From an uncultured Gammaproteobacteria bacterium (GTDB lineage Bacteria > Patescibacteriota > Patescibacteriia > S139-126): a stretch of 64,000 nt of DNA. The notes under the pieces are model-generated. The model did not search any database, was not told the origin of the DNA, and saw only the letters and a program-made list of their open reading frames with translations. Shown in pieces: positions 1 to 8,491 of the stretch (its first letter is position 1; every line of letters starts with the position of its first letter). The stretch spans positions 90,890-154,889 of the forward strand of contig CAZUKA010000001.1 of NCBI GenBank assembly GCA_964620905.1, given 5' to 3'. Position numbers and translations under genes: made by a program.

Positions 1-1
1 T

Positions 2-1267
2 TTTAATCAATATTTGAGAATAGTTTTTTTAATCGCTTTAGTATGGTTGGCTGTTTTTGCCTGGCAAGGACTTTATACCATCAGTTTACAAAAAAGATTA
101 ATTGATGAGTTAATTCATATCGTGTTTGCTTGTTCGGCCGGTCTGATGGTGATAATCGCTTATATATTTTGGCAACGGGAATTTTTTGATTCTCGTTTTA
201 TCATCTTAGCCGCTTGGATATTGTCCATTGTCTATATTAGTTTTGCTCGCATGATATTGCGTTTTGTCAGACGATTATTGTTGGCTAGAAATTGGGGAGT
301 AACCAATATTGTTTTAATTGGCAGTGACAGTGCCGCTGATGATTTGGCAGCTGTAATTTATCGTCAGCCAGAGTTGGGTTATAGGTTGTGGGAAAGATTC
401 AATGATTTTGTACCTGAACGTTTGTTGCAGACTATGGCCGAACGAAATATTGATGAAGTAATTTTAGCTGAAACAAATTTGGCCAAAGAAACCAGAGCTG
501 ATATTTTGAATTTTTGTCACAGTCACCATTTAGGTTTTCAGTATGTAGCTGATATTTTTGATGCTCAGTCTCACAACGTGGAAGTTCGTTCCCTAGCAGG
601 TATGCCACTGATTGAAATTAAAAAGACGCCGCTGGATGGTTGGGGTAGAATATATAAAAGAATTTTTGATATTATCGCAAGTTTACTATTGCTTGTTTTA
701 GTTTTACCGCTAGGACTGTTGTTGTCTTTGATTGTTGTGATTGATTCTTCGGGACCGGCAATTGTCAAACTGCGTCGGGTTGGTCGTATCAATAAAGTAT
801 TTTGGTTGTATAAATTTCGTTCCATGATTAAAGATGCTCATCTTCTTAAATATGATCAACAGGGAAATTTACGACCCGAATTTGTCAAACAAAATTTGCG
901 TTCTGATGGGCCGTTGTTTAAAAATGAAAATGATGCTCGGATTACTAGATTTGGAAAATTTCTACGTCGAACTAGCTTGGATGAACTACCACAGCTAATA
1001 AATGTTTTACGCGGAGAAATGAGTTTAGTTGGTCCTAGACCACATGAACCAGAAGAAGTAGAAAAATATAAACACCACCAAAAAAAATTACTTTCCATCA
1101 AACCTGGTTTAACAGGACTGGCTCAAGTATCAGGTAGGTCAAATTTGAGTTTTGCTGAAGAGGTTAAACTGGATCTTTATTATATTGAAAATTGGTCGTT
1201 GAAAAATGATTTACAAATACTTTTTAAAACTTTTTGGGTAGTTTTGAAAAAACAAGGGGCAAAATAA
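2..1267 (+). CDS. Polyprenyl glycosylphosphotransferase (sugar transferase, WcaJ/WbaP-like), 5'-partial
   Basis: N-terminal TM helices, Rossmann-like middle region, C-terminal Bac_transf motifs [42 protein letters not shown]; frame is open from the window edge. Confidence 0.92.
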   Translation, partial: FNQYLRIVFLIALVWLAVFAWQGLYTISLQKRLIDELIHIVFACSAGLMVIIAYIFWQREFFDSRFIILAAWILSIVYISFARMILRFVRRLLLARNWGVTNIVLIGSDSAADDLAAVIYRQPELGYRLWERFNDFVPERLLQTMAERNIDEVILAETNLAKETRADILNFCHSHHLGFQYVADIFDAQSHNVEVRSLAGMPLIEIKKTPLDGWGRIYKRIFDIIASLLLLVLVLPLGLLLSLIVVIDSSGPAIVKLRRVGRINKVFWLYKFRSMIKDAHLLKYDQQGNLRPEFVKQNLRSDGPLFKNENDARITRFGKFLRRTSLDELPQLINVLRGEMSLVGPRPHEPEEVEKYKHHQKKLLSIKPGLTGLAQVSGRSNLSFAEEVKLDLYYIENWSLKNDLQILFKTFWVVLKKQGAK

Positions 1268-1270
1268 TTT

Positions 1271-2395
1271 ATGAAGCTGGCTTTGGTTCACGATCATTTA
1301 AACCAATTTGGAGGCGCTGAACGCGTGCTTTTAAATATGCAGAAAAATTGGCCAGACAGCCCAATTTATACTTTACTGTATGACGAACAAGCTCTAGGTA
1401 AATGGTTTAAGAATAGTAAAATCCATCAATCATTCATCAGTCGATTGCCCGGCAGCCGCAAAAGATTTAAATGGTATTTACCGTTGATGCCCGCAGCGTT
1501 TGAACAATTTAATTTGTCAGCTTATGATGTTGTTTTATCATCAGTTTCAGGTCTTGCAAAAAGTGTGATTTTAAGTCCGGAAGCTTTGCATATTTGTTAT
1601 TGCCATACTCCAACCAGATATTTATGGTCAGATACCCATACTTATACCGAAGAATTGCATCAGCCTTGGCTGGTAAAAAAATTACTACCACCTTTACTTA
1701 CTTATTTACGAATGTGTGATTACAATGCAGCACAACGGGTTGATGTCTGGTTGGCCAATTCTCATTTTGTGGCGCGACGCATAAAAAAATATTATCGTCG
1801 GGAAGCACAGGTATTGTATCCACCAGTAGAAGTTGATCAGTTTAGTATCAGCCCGGAAGTTGATAATTATTATGTGATTGTTTCTCGGTTGCGTCCTTAT
1901 AAGCGAGTGGATTTGGCGGTACGAGCTTTCAATAAGCTCGGTTTACATTTAAAAATTATTGGCGTTGGTGAAGAGACTGAACGTTTGCAAAAAATGGCAC
2001 GGTCAAATATCGAATTCATCGGGGCAGTTTCTGATGAGATGAGAAATAAATATTTAGCTCGAGCTCGGGCTTTTATATTTCCCCAAGAAGAAGATTTTGG
2101 TATCACTGCGGTTGAAGCCAACGCTTGCGGTCGGCCGGTGATTGCTTATCGTTCAGGTGGAGCAGTAGAAAGTATCAGCGAAGGAAAAACCGGAGTATTT
2201 TTTGCTGAACAATCTTGGGAAGCATTAGCCGATGCGGTTATCCGTTTCGATCACAAACAATTTGATCCACAAGTTATTCGTGACCACGCTTTACAATTTT
2301 CTTCAGTAAATTTCCGTCAACGACTCCAAGAAATTGTTAGTCAAGAGTGGGAAAAATTTTATAATTATACTCGCGGCTATGAAAATCGGAGTTGA
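1271..2395 (+). CDS. Glycosyltransferase family 4
   Basis: GGAERV, YCHTPTRY, EDFGITAVEA (E-x7-E) motifs. Confidence 0.9.
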   Translation: MKLALVHDHLNQFGGAERVLLNMQKNWPDSPIYTLLYDEQALGKWFKNSKIHQSFISRLPGSRKRFKWYLPLMPAAFEQFNLSAYDVVLSSVSGLAKSVILSPEALHICYCHTPTRYLWSDTHTYTEELHQPWLVKKLLPPLLTYLRMCDYNAAQRVDVWLANSHFVARRIKKYYRREAQVLYPPVEVDQFSISPEVDNYYVIVSRLRPYKRVDLAVRAFNKLGLHLKIIGVGEETERLQKMARSNIEFIGAVSDEMRNKYLARARAFIFPQEEDFGITAVEANACGRPVIAYRSGGAVESISEGKTGVFFAEQSWEALADAVIRFDHKQFDPQVIRDHALQFSSVNFRQRLQEIVSQEWEKFYNYTRGYENRS

Positions 2396-3503
2396 TGCGA
2401 GATGTTTATTGGCTGAAAATTATTCGGGGGTTAGTATTTATACTTGGCAGCTTATCAGGGCCATGGTTGCTAAACTGCCTACTGATCAATTTATTTTGCA
2501 GGCAAATAGTTTTAAACCAGTAAATGTTTGCTCTAAAATTGACGAGATTAAAGTTAAAAAATCTATCACTAGGTATCCCAATAAACTCTTAAATTTATCT
2601 ATGGTTTTTTGGCAATTTCCGCAACTTGATCGTTGGTTGGATGGGGTTGATGTTTATTGGGTACCGGGGAATAATTTTATTAGTTTATCCGATCAGGTAG
2701 TCAAAGTTTATACCTGTCACGATTTATCTTGGTTAGTTTGGCCAGAATTTTATTCAGTGCGGGGAAAATGCTGGCATCGTGCTTTACAGTTGGAAAAAAA
2801 GTATACTACTGCTCAAAAAATTATTGCTGTCAGCGAATGTACAAAAATTGATATTTTAAATTTTTTTCCCCAAGTCAAACCAGACAATGTTGTTGTGGTA
2901 CCGTCAGGAATTTCTTATCCCCAGTTAACTCGAGAGCAAAAAGTTGAGGTTCAACGTGAGCTTTCTTTACCGGATCGTTTTCTGCTTTATGTCGGTAATA
3001 TTGAACCTCGAAAAAATGTTTTAGGTATAATTGAAGCTTTTAAAAAATTACAAACCAAACATCCTGATCTTTATTTAGTTTTGGCTGGGGGTAGTGGTTG
3101 GCACAAAAGATATAGCCAACAAGTACAAAAAGCCATTAATACCAATAACCGCATAATATATCTTGGCTATGTTAATGAAGAACAGAAATGGGTATTATAT
3201 AGTCTAGCTCAGGTTTTTTTGTGGCCGTCTTTTTATGAAGGATTTGGTTTTCCGCCACTAGAAGCTATGAGTCAGGGTTGCCCGGTAGTTGTCAGTCAGA
3301 GTGCGTCATTGCCAGAAGTGGTTGCGGCTGCTGGGATATTGATCAATCCTTTTGACCTTCAAGATTTAGTTTTGGCAGTTGATTCTTTACTGACCAATGA
3401 ATCCTGGCGACAACAATTAATTGCCCGTGGTTATCAAAGGGTCAAAGAGTTTAGCTGGGAAAAATCAGCTCAACTAACTAGCAAAGTATTTCAATCAATA
3501 TGA
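2379..3503 (+). CDS. Glycosyltransferase family 4 (MtfB-like)
   Basis: Start reassigned to ATG 2379 (MKIGVDAR); VGNIEPRKN, YEGFGFPPLEAM. Confidence 0.9.
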   Translation: MKIGVDARCLLAENYSGVSIYTWQLIRAMVAKLPTDQFILQANSFKPVNVCSKIDEIKVKKSITRYPNKLLNLSMVFWQFPQLDRWLDGVDVYWVPGNNFISLSDQVVKVYTCHDLSWLVWPEFYSVRGKCWHRALQLEKKYTTAQKIIAVSECTKIDILNFFPQVKPDNVVVVPSGISYPQLTREQKVEVQRELSLPDRFLLYVGNIEPRKNVLGIIEAFKKLQTKHPDLYLVLAGGSGWHKRYSQQVQKAINTNNRIIYLGYVNEEQKWVLYSLAQVFLWPSFYEGFGFPPLEAMSQGCPVVVSQSASLPEVVAAAGILINPFDLQDLVLAVDSLLTNESWRQQLIARGYQRVKEFSWEKSAQLTSKVFQSI

Positions 3504-4615
3504 AAATCGGTATTGACGCGCGTCTTTACGGCGCTCAAAAAAATAGAGGTTTGGGTCGTTACCAAGAGAAATTATTAACTCATTTACAGACTATTGATAC
3601 TGTTAATGACTACGTAATTTTTTTGCAACCGGATAATTTTGCTGATTTAAAAATAACTGCAAATAATTTTCATAAAGTCAAAGTTAACATACCTTGGTAT
3701 ACTTGGCGTGAACAAACTGTTTGGCCCTGGATTTTGCGTAGTTATAAATTCGATTTGTTTCATTTTCCTCATTTTAATGTGCCGTTTTTTTATCGTCGGG
3801 CGTATGTTGTGACTATTCATGATTTAATCATGACGCATTATACAGATGATCGCAGTACGACTAAAAATAAAATAATTTATCAAATTAAAATTAAAATTGC
3901 TCGTCACTTGGTAAGATTCGCTGCCCGTCGGGCTGAAGCAATATTTTGTCCCTCGGAATTTACCAAACAGGATATTGTACAAAAATTAAAAATCGTACCT
4001 GATAAATGCGTTGTCACCTATGAAGCTGTAGATAAAATGAATTTTTCATCGTCAGGTAATAATTTTGTTTCGCGACCTTATTTTTTGTATGTGGGTGCTG
4101 CTTATCCTCACAAAAATTTAGAAACAATGATCAATGGTTTTTTGGAATTCAATCAGACAAAAAAATATGATTTAGTTTTGGTAGGTCGACATGATTATTT
4201 TTATAAAAAATTGAAGGAAAAAAATAAAAATCAGCCGGAAATAATATTTTTGGGAGAAGTGTCTGATAACCGATTGGCAATACTTTATCAACACGCGCAG
4301 GGCTTTATTTTCCCGTCTTTAGTAGAGGGATTTGGATTACCTCCTTTGGAAGCTATGAGTCAGGGTTGTGTGGTGATTGCTTCCCGGGCCAGTTGTTTGC
4401 CGGAAGTTTTAGGGGAGGCAGTTTTATATTTTTCCCCAGATAATTCTAGTCAATTGGCTGATTGTTTAAATCAATTGCAGTCTGACCAAAATCTACGAGC
4501 TAAATTATTATCGCTTGGTTTTCAGCAAACTGCTAAATATAGTTGGTCCCGGATGGCAGAACAAACTAAGTTAGTTTTTGATGAAATTTTATTAAAAGTA
4601 AAAAATGTTGTATAA
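3500..4615 (+). CDS. Glycosyltransferase family 4 (MtfB-like)
   Basis: MKIGIDAR, VTIHDL, PHKN, EGFGLPPLEAM. Confidence 0.9.
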   Translation: MKIGIDARLYGAQKNRGLGRYQEKLLTHLQTIDTVNDYVIFLQPDNFADLKITANNFHKVKVNIPWYTWREQTVWPWILRSYKFDLFHFPHFNVPFFYRRAYVVTIHDLIMTHYTDDRSTTKNKIIYQIKIKIARHLVRFAARRAEAIFCPSEFTKQDIVQKLKIVPDKCVVTYEAVDKMNFSSSGNNFVSRPYFLYVGAAYPHKNLETMINGFLEFNQTKKYDLVLVGRHDYFYKKLKEKNKNQPEIIFLGEVSDNRLAILYQHAQGFIFPSLVEGFGLPPLEAMSQGCVVIASRASCLPEVLGEAVLYFSPDNSSQLADCLNQLQSDQNLRAKLLSLGFQQTAKYSWSRMAEQTKLVFDEILLKVKNVV

Positions 4616-4639
4616 TTTGTCTAGTAGTCAAACTGTTTC

Positions 4640-7498
4640 ATGAAAAAAAGCTCGACCAAAAAAATAAAACCAGCGGTTAAATTGGTAGTCAAAAATACAA
4701 AGACAACAAAAAAAGTAAAGGCCAACCAAATACCGTCGAGACGAAAAGCAAAAATTTCCCGCCGTCAGTCAGGCACTAGACGGTTACTTAAAAATACTGG
4801 TTTTTTAGTTAAATCCAAACCAACCAAAGTAAAAAAAGTTTTGTCAAAATTATCTCGTTTAGAAGCTGATAGTTTGGCTTTATTTAATGATGATCATGTA
4901 ACCGTTTTTAAAGATTTACAAAAAAATAATTTTGACCAAAAACTAAAATTAGATTCAGCTGCAGATATTGTTAAATCTACCAGCAGTACAACCGAGATAG
5001 CTGGACAAAATGAGTTGATTGTTGATACACAACCAAATGAAATAGGAGCCAAAATTTTATCTGTGCGTCAGCCAGCTCAAAAAATTTCTTCTCCCCACGT
5101 GGTTGATTTAAAGACCAGAGTAGTTTATGAGGACAATAATTATCAGACCGTTGCTCCTCTGACCGCTGCTACTTGGGAAGAAAGAATTTACGCTTGGGAT
5201 AAGAAAATGCAAAATATCAAAACTAACTTTATTACTTCAGATTTGCGTCAACAACAGATTTATAAATCAAATCAAAATAAAAAAGTTGGTTTCTTTTCTA
5301 GGATGATTCGGCGTTTTAGTGGTTGGTTGAGTGCCGGATATTTTTCAATGGTTAATTCTTTTTCCAACTGGGGGGAGACCCAAACAGAAAAAATTTTACA
5401 AACTGCCGCCACTGCTGATACTGATGATTTTGTTGATCAAGTACGACCAGTAAAAAAACGTTTATCACTTTGGCCGCAGGAGCTAGCCGTATCAATGCGT
5501 CTATTTATCATTTTGGCAGTTATTTTAGTTTTACCTTTTCAAGTTTATAATTTTTATTCTGATGTAAAGACACAACAGGAAATGGTTTTGGGAGCTTCTT
5601 CAACAGTTTATAATGATTTTCAGGCAGGTTTCCAAGCCTTTGAAAATTTAGATTTCAGCCAAGCCAGTGATCGGTTTATATCAGCTCAACTTAACTTGCG
5701 CCAAGTTAACGATTGGGTGCAAAAATATCCTTCGTTTTTGTTTATGCTTGCCAAATTTATACCAGGTGCTGGGGGTGAGGTATCAAGTGGTTTAAATTTG
5801 ATGGCCGCGGGTGACAAGATGGCTCAATTGGGAGTGATGCTATCTGATTTATTTACTGATTTACAAGCCAATAGTGGTGATAATTTAGCTGCGCTACAAT
5901 CATTGGAGTCAGGCTTAAATCAAGCAGCGGTTATAATGCAAGAGATTGAACTGATTTTACAAAAAATTGATTTAACTAAATTGCCAGCCAATTATCAGGA
6001 ACAATTTAGTCAATTGAATGAGATTTTACCTATTGCCCGGCAGGTTTTACAGAATGCTAGCTTAGCCAGTGGTTTTAGTGCTGACTTTTTGGGTCGAGAA
6101 CAACCCATGCGTTATTTGTTGGTTTTTCAGAATAGTAATGAATTGAGACCAACAGGAGGTTTTATAGGTTCAATTGCTGAGGTAGATATTAAAGATGCCC
6201 GAGTGCAAAATTTTTATTTACCTCCCGGAGGTGTTTATGATTTACAAGGTAATCTAGAAGTTTTGTTAGCTGCGCCTGAACCGTTGCGTTTATTGAATGC
6301 CAACTGGCAGTTGCAGGATGCCAATTGGTTTTTTGACTGGCCCACTTCAGCAAAAAAAATTATGTGGTTTTACGAAAAGTCGGGTGGTCCGACAGTAGAT
6401 GGAGTAATAGCAGTCAACTCGCAGCTCTTACCAAAGTTATTGCAACTTACTGGTCCAATATATTTAGCGGAGTTTGATCAAATTTTAACGGCTGAGAACG
6501 TTATAGACCAGTTGCAGTATGAGGTAGAAATAAACTATGACCGGTCATTAAACCAACCCAAAAAAATAATTTCCCAACTCATGCCGATTTTACTTGATCG
6601 TTTACAAAAATTGCCGCCGACTGATTTTTTCAGTTTGTTTTCAGTTGTACATAATTCTTTGCAAGCCAAAGAAATTCAATTGTATCATACCAATAGTATG
6701 TTGCAGAAAAAAATTGATACTTTTGGTTTTGCTGGTCAAATTCAACCCACAAATAGAGACTATCTAGCTGTTGTTGATACCAATATCGGTGGTGGTAAAA
6801 CTGACCAAGTGATCGGCAGTCAAGTCTTACTGACTAGCCAAATCGGTCCGCTAGGGGATGTAGTGAATACTCTAAAAATAATCAAACGTCACGATGGTGA
6901 TCCCACTGATCAATTTACCGGTCAAATGTACCGAGATTATCTTCGGATTTATGTGCCACAAGGTAGTCGTTTGCTTTCGGCTAAAGGTTTTACTCCTCCC
7001 GCTCCAACTGAGTATAATCAACCAGCCTCTGGTTTTCAACGAGATGATTATCTTGCTCAGGTAGAAAATAATGAGCGTTTTGATTTAACAACTGGCACCC
7101 GAATTACCGATGAATATGATAAAACCGTATTCGGCAATTGGCTAACACTTAACCCGGGTGAACTAGTAGAAATTGAAATAGTTTATGCTTTGCCAAAAAA
7201 TATTACTTTTAAAAAACAAAATGATGGTAACTTTATTGTTGGCTTAATTGACCAGTTATTGTCTAAATTGAATTTGTCGTTTAGTGCTGAACGCGAAGTG
7301 GCTATGCATACTTTATTTTTACAAAAACAGTCTGGCCAACCACCTTACAATTTTTCGCAGGAAATTATCTTTCCTAGCTCTTGGGAAGTACAGACCAGTG
7401 AACTACTGAAAAATACTACTGCCCAAAGAGACAATCGAGTGTATTATCAAAACCTGATCAAAGCTGATTCTTTGTGGGGATTAATTTTTATCCGTTGA
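4640..7498 (+). CDS. DUF4012-domain membrane-anchored protein with a long Lys-rich N-terminus
   Basis: YLLVFQNSNELRPTGGFIGS and DANWFFDWPTSA motifs typical of DUF4012; one TM segment; lies in a polysaccharide cluster. Confidence 0.8.
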   Translation: MKKSSTKKIKPAVKLVVKNTKTTKKVKANQIPSRRKAKISRRQSGTRRLLKNTGFLVKSKPTKVKKVLSKLSRLEADSLALFNDDHVTVFKDLQKNNFDQKLKLDSAADIVKSTSSTTEIAGQNELIVDTQPNEIGAKILSVRQPAQKISSPHVVDLKTRVVYEDNNYQTVAPLTAATWEERIYAWDKKMQNIKTNFITSDLRQQQIYKSNQNKKVGFFSRMIRRFSGWLSAGYFSMVNSFSNWGETQTEKILQTAATADTDDFVDQVRPVKKRLSLWPQELAVSMRLFIILAVILVLPFQVYNFYSDVKTQQEMVLGASSTVYNDFQAGFQAFENLDFSQASDRFISAQLNLRQVNDWVQKYPSFLFMLAKFIPGAGGEVSSGLNLMAAGDKMAQLGVMLSDLFTDLQANSGDNLAALQSLESGLNQAAVIMQEIELILQKIDLTKLPANYQEQFSQLNEILPIARQVLQNASLASGFSADFLGREQPMRYLLVFQNSNELRPTGGFIGSIAEVDIKDARVQNFYLPPGGVYDLQGNLEVLLAAPEPLRLLNANWQLQDANWFFDWPTSAKKIMWFYEKSGGPTVDGVIAVNSQLLPKLLQLTGPIYLAEFDQILTAENVIDQLQYEVEINYDRSLNQPKKIISQLMPILLDRLQKLPPTDFFSLFSVVHNSLQAKEIQLYHTNSMLQKKIDTFGFAGQIQPTNRDYLAVVDTNIGGGKTDQVIGSQVLLTSQIGPLGDVVNTLKIIKRHDGDPTDQFTGQMYRDYLRIYVPQGSRLLSAKGFTPPAPTEYNQPASGFQRDDYLAQVENNERFDLTTGTRITDEYDKTVFGNWLTLNPGELVEIEIVYALPKNITFKKQNDGNFIVGLIDQLLSKLNLSFSAEREVAMHTLFLQKQSGQPPYNFSQEIIFPSSWEVQTSELLKNTTAQRDNRVYYQNLIKADSLWGLIFIR

Positions 7499-7556
7499 TT
7501 GAGATTTATTTTATTTTTTAATTTAGCTAATATTAGCCAAATTTTTTAATTGGGTA

Positions 7557-7585
7557 TTGACAAAAATTTTTTTTGGGTGTATAAT
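7557..7585 (+). promoter_or_regulatory. Perfect-consensus sigma70 promoter
   Basis: TTGACA (7557-7562), 17-bp spacer, TATAAT (7580-7585). Confidence 0.85.
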
Positions 7586-7591
7586 GATTTA

Positions 7592-8226
7592 TTAATAAAT
7601 TGGAGAGAGAAAATAAGTGGATTTTATATCTCTCCAAGTTCAAGGGAGAGTTTTTTAAAAATTAAAGGAAGCATGAATTAGGAGGGAAAATTTGGTACTT
7701 ACCAAGTTTATGAGTAAATTTCGTTAGCCCTTTATCCGGTATTCATACTGGGTACGTGCTAAGGAATTTATTCGTTTGACATCCCGCGAGAGCGGGATCA
7801 CTCAAACATTTCCCTCGGAATTTATGTTTTCTTTGTTGGGAGCGGTTATTTGGGGAGAGAGTGACTTGCTCGGCACAAAATATTTTTTTCTGGCCGTCTG
7901 CAGGCTCGCTCCCAAATAACTTTTCCCAAATATTCTTTTCAGTTCTGGGCGTGAATATGCTTTTGCATAGCTCATGCCTTGAACTGAGGAGAATAGCCAG
8001 GTACAATACAATAAAACCAATAAAATCCTGGCAAAAAATTTAAAATAAAATACTGATGACGAATGCGGCGCCCAAATTTTTAGTCAAATTAAATGACTAC
8101 AAAGCTGACATTCGCCCTCAGTAATCTGGGTGCTTGGTTCGAGGCTAGTCGGTTGTCCCGCATTTGCGGGAAAATCTCTCTCCTCACAGCCGACCATGCA
8201 ATTCTAGAACCAAGCCCCAGATTAGT
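7592..8226 (+). ncRNA. Candidate large structured non-coding RNA or leader (~630 nt), family not recognised
   Basis: About seven consecutive helical domains visible by eye, with many G-U pairs on the + strand and a GNRA-capped hairpin; directly downstream of a consensus promoter; no convincing ORF. Confidence 0.7.
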
Positions 8227-8261
8227 GAGTAATTTATATAACTTAAATTTAAGGAGTAAAG

Positions 8262-8414
8262 TTGGAATCATTAAATAGACCCGGAAGATTTTTTTATATA
8301 CTTTTTATTTCAACTATTGCTGTTATAATTTGGGGTTATCCCATTTTAATTTTGATTTTATTATTACTTACAGATGCTAAAGAAGTAAAAAGAAGTAAAA
8401 AAATTAAAAAATAA
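8262..8414 (+). CDS. Small hydrophobic membrane peptide, 50 aa (MESLNRPGRFFYILFISTIAVIIWGYPILILILLLLTDAKEVKRSKKIKK)
   Basis: AAGGAG at 8251-8256, TTG start 8262, TAA 8412-8414; long hydrophobic core and Lys/Arg tail; below the ORF track cutoff. Confidence 0.6.
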   Translation: MESLNRPGRFFYILFISTIAVIIWGYPILILILLLLTDAKEVKRSKKIKK

Positions 8415-8423
8415 ATGATTTAT

Positions 8424-8450
8424 AAAACTACTTGAAAAAGTAGTTTTTTT
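8424..8450 (+). terminator. Intrinsic terminator
   Basis: AAAACTACTT-GAAA-AAGTAGTTTT hairpin running into a T tract. Confidence 0.7.
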
Positions 8451-8491
8451 ATCTTTAAAACTTTTAATTTTTATGTTAAAATATTTACATA

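Noticed and set aside
8053-8117. CTGATGA hammerhead-ribozyme core motif followed by a stem
   Set aside because: The stem (CGAATG/CATTCG) is followed by CCC rather than the required GAAA, and CTGA is itself paired with TCAG at 8118-8121.
7592-8226. RNase P RNA, tmRNA, SRP, T-box, cobalamin riboswitch or group I/II intron identity for the structured region
   Set aside because: No GAGGAAAGUCC/P4 partner, no tRNA-like T-arm plus CCA end, no SRP domain IV, no T-box UGGNACC and no group II domain V seen by eye. A divergent member cannot be excluded without a covariance-model search.
7743-8278. Five short ORFs on both strands in the ORF track (7743-8006, 7802-8020, 7861-8043, 8089-8271, 8093-8278)
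   Set aside because: They overlap each other, have no recognisable motifs or RBS, and are explained by the more GC-rich structured RNA sequence.
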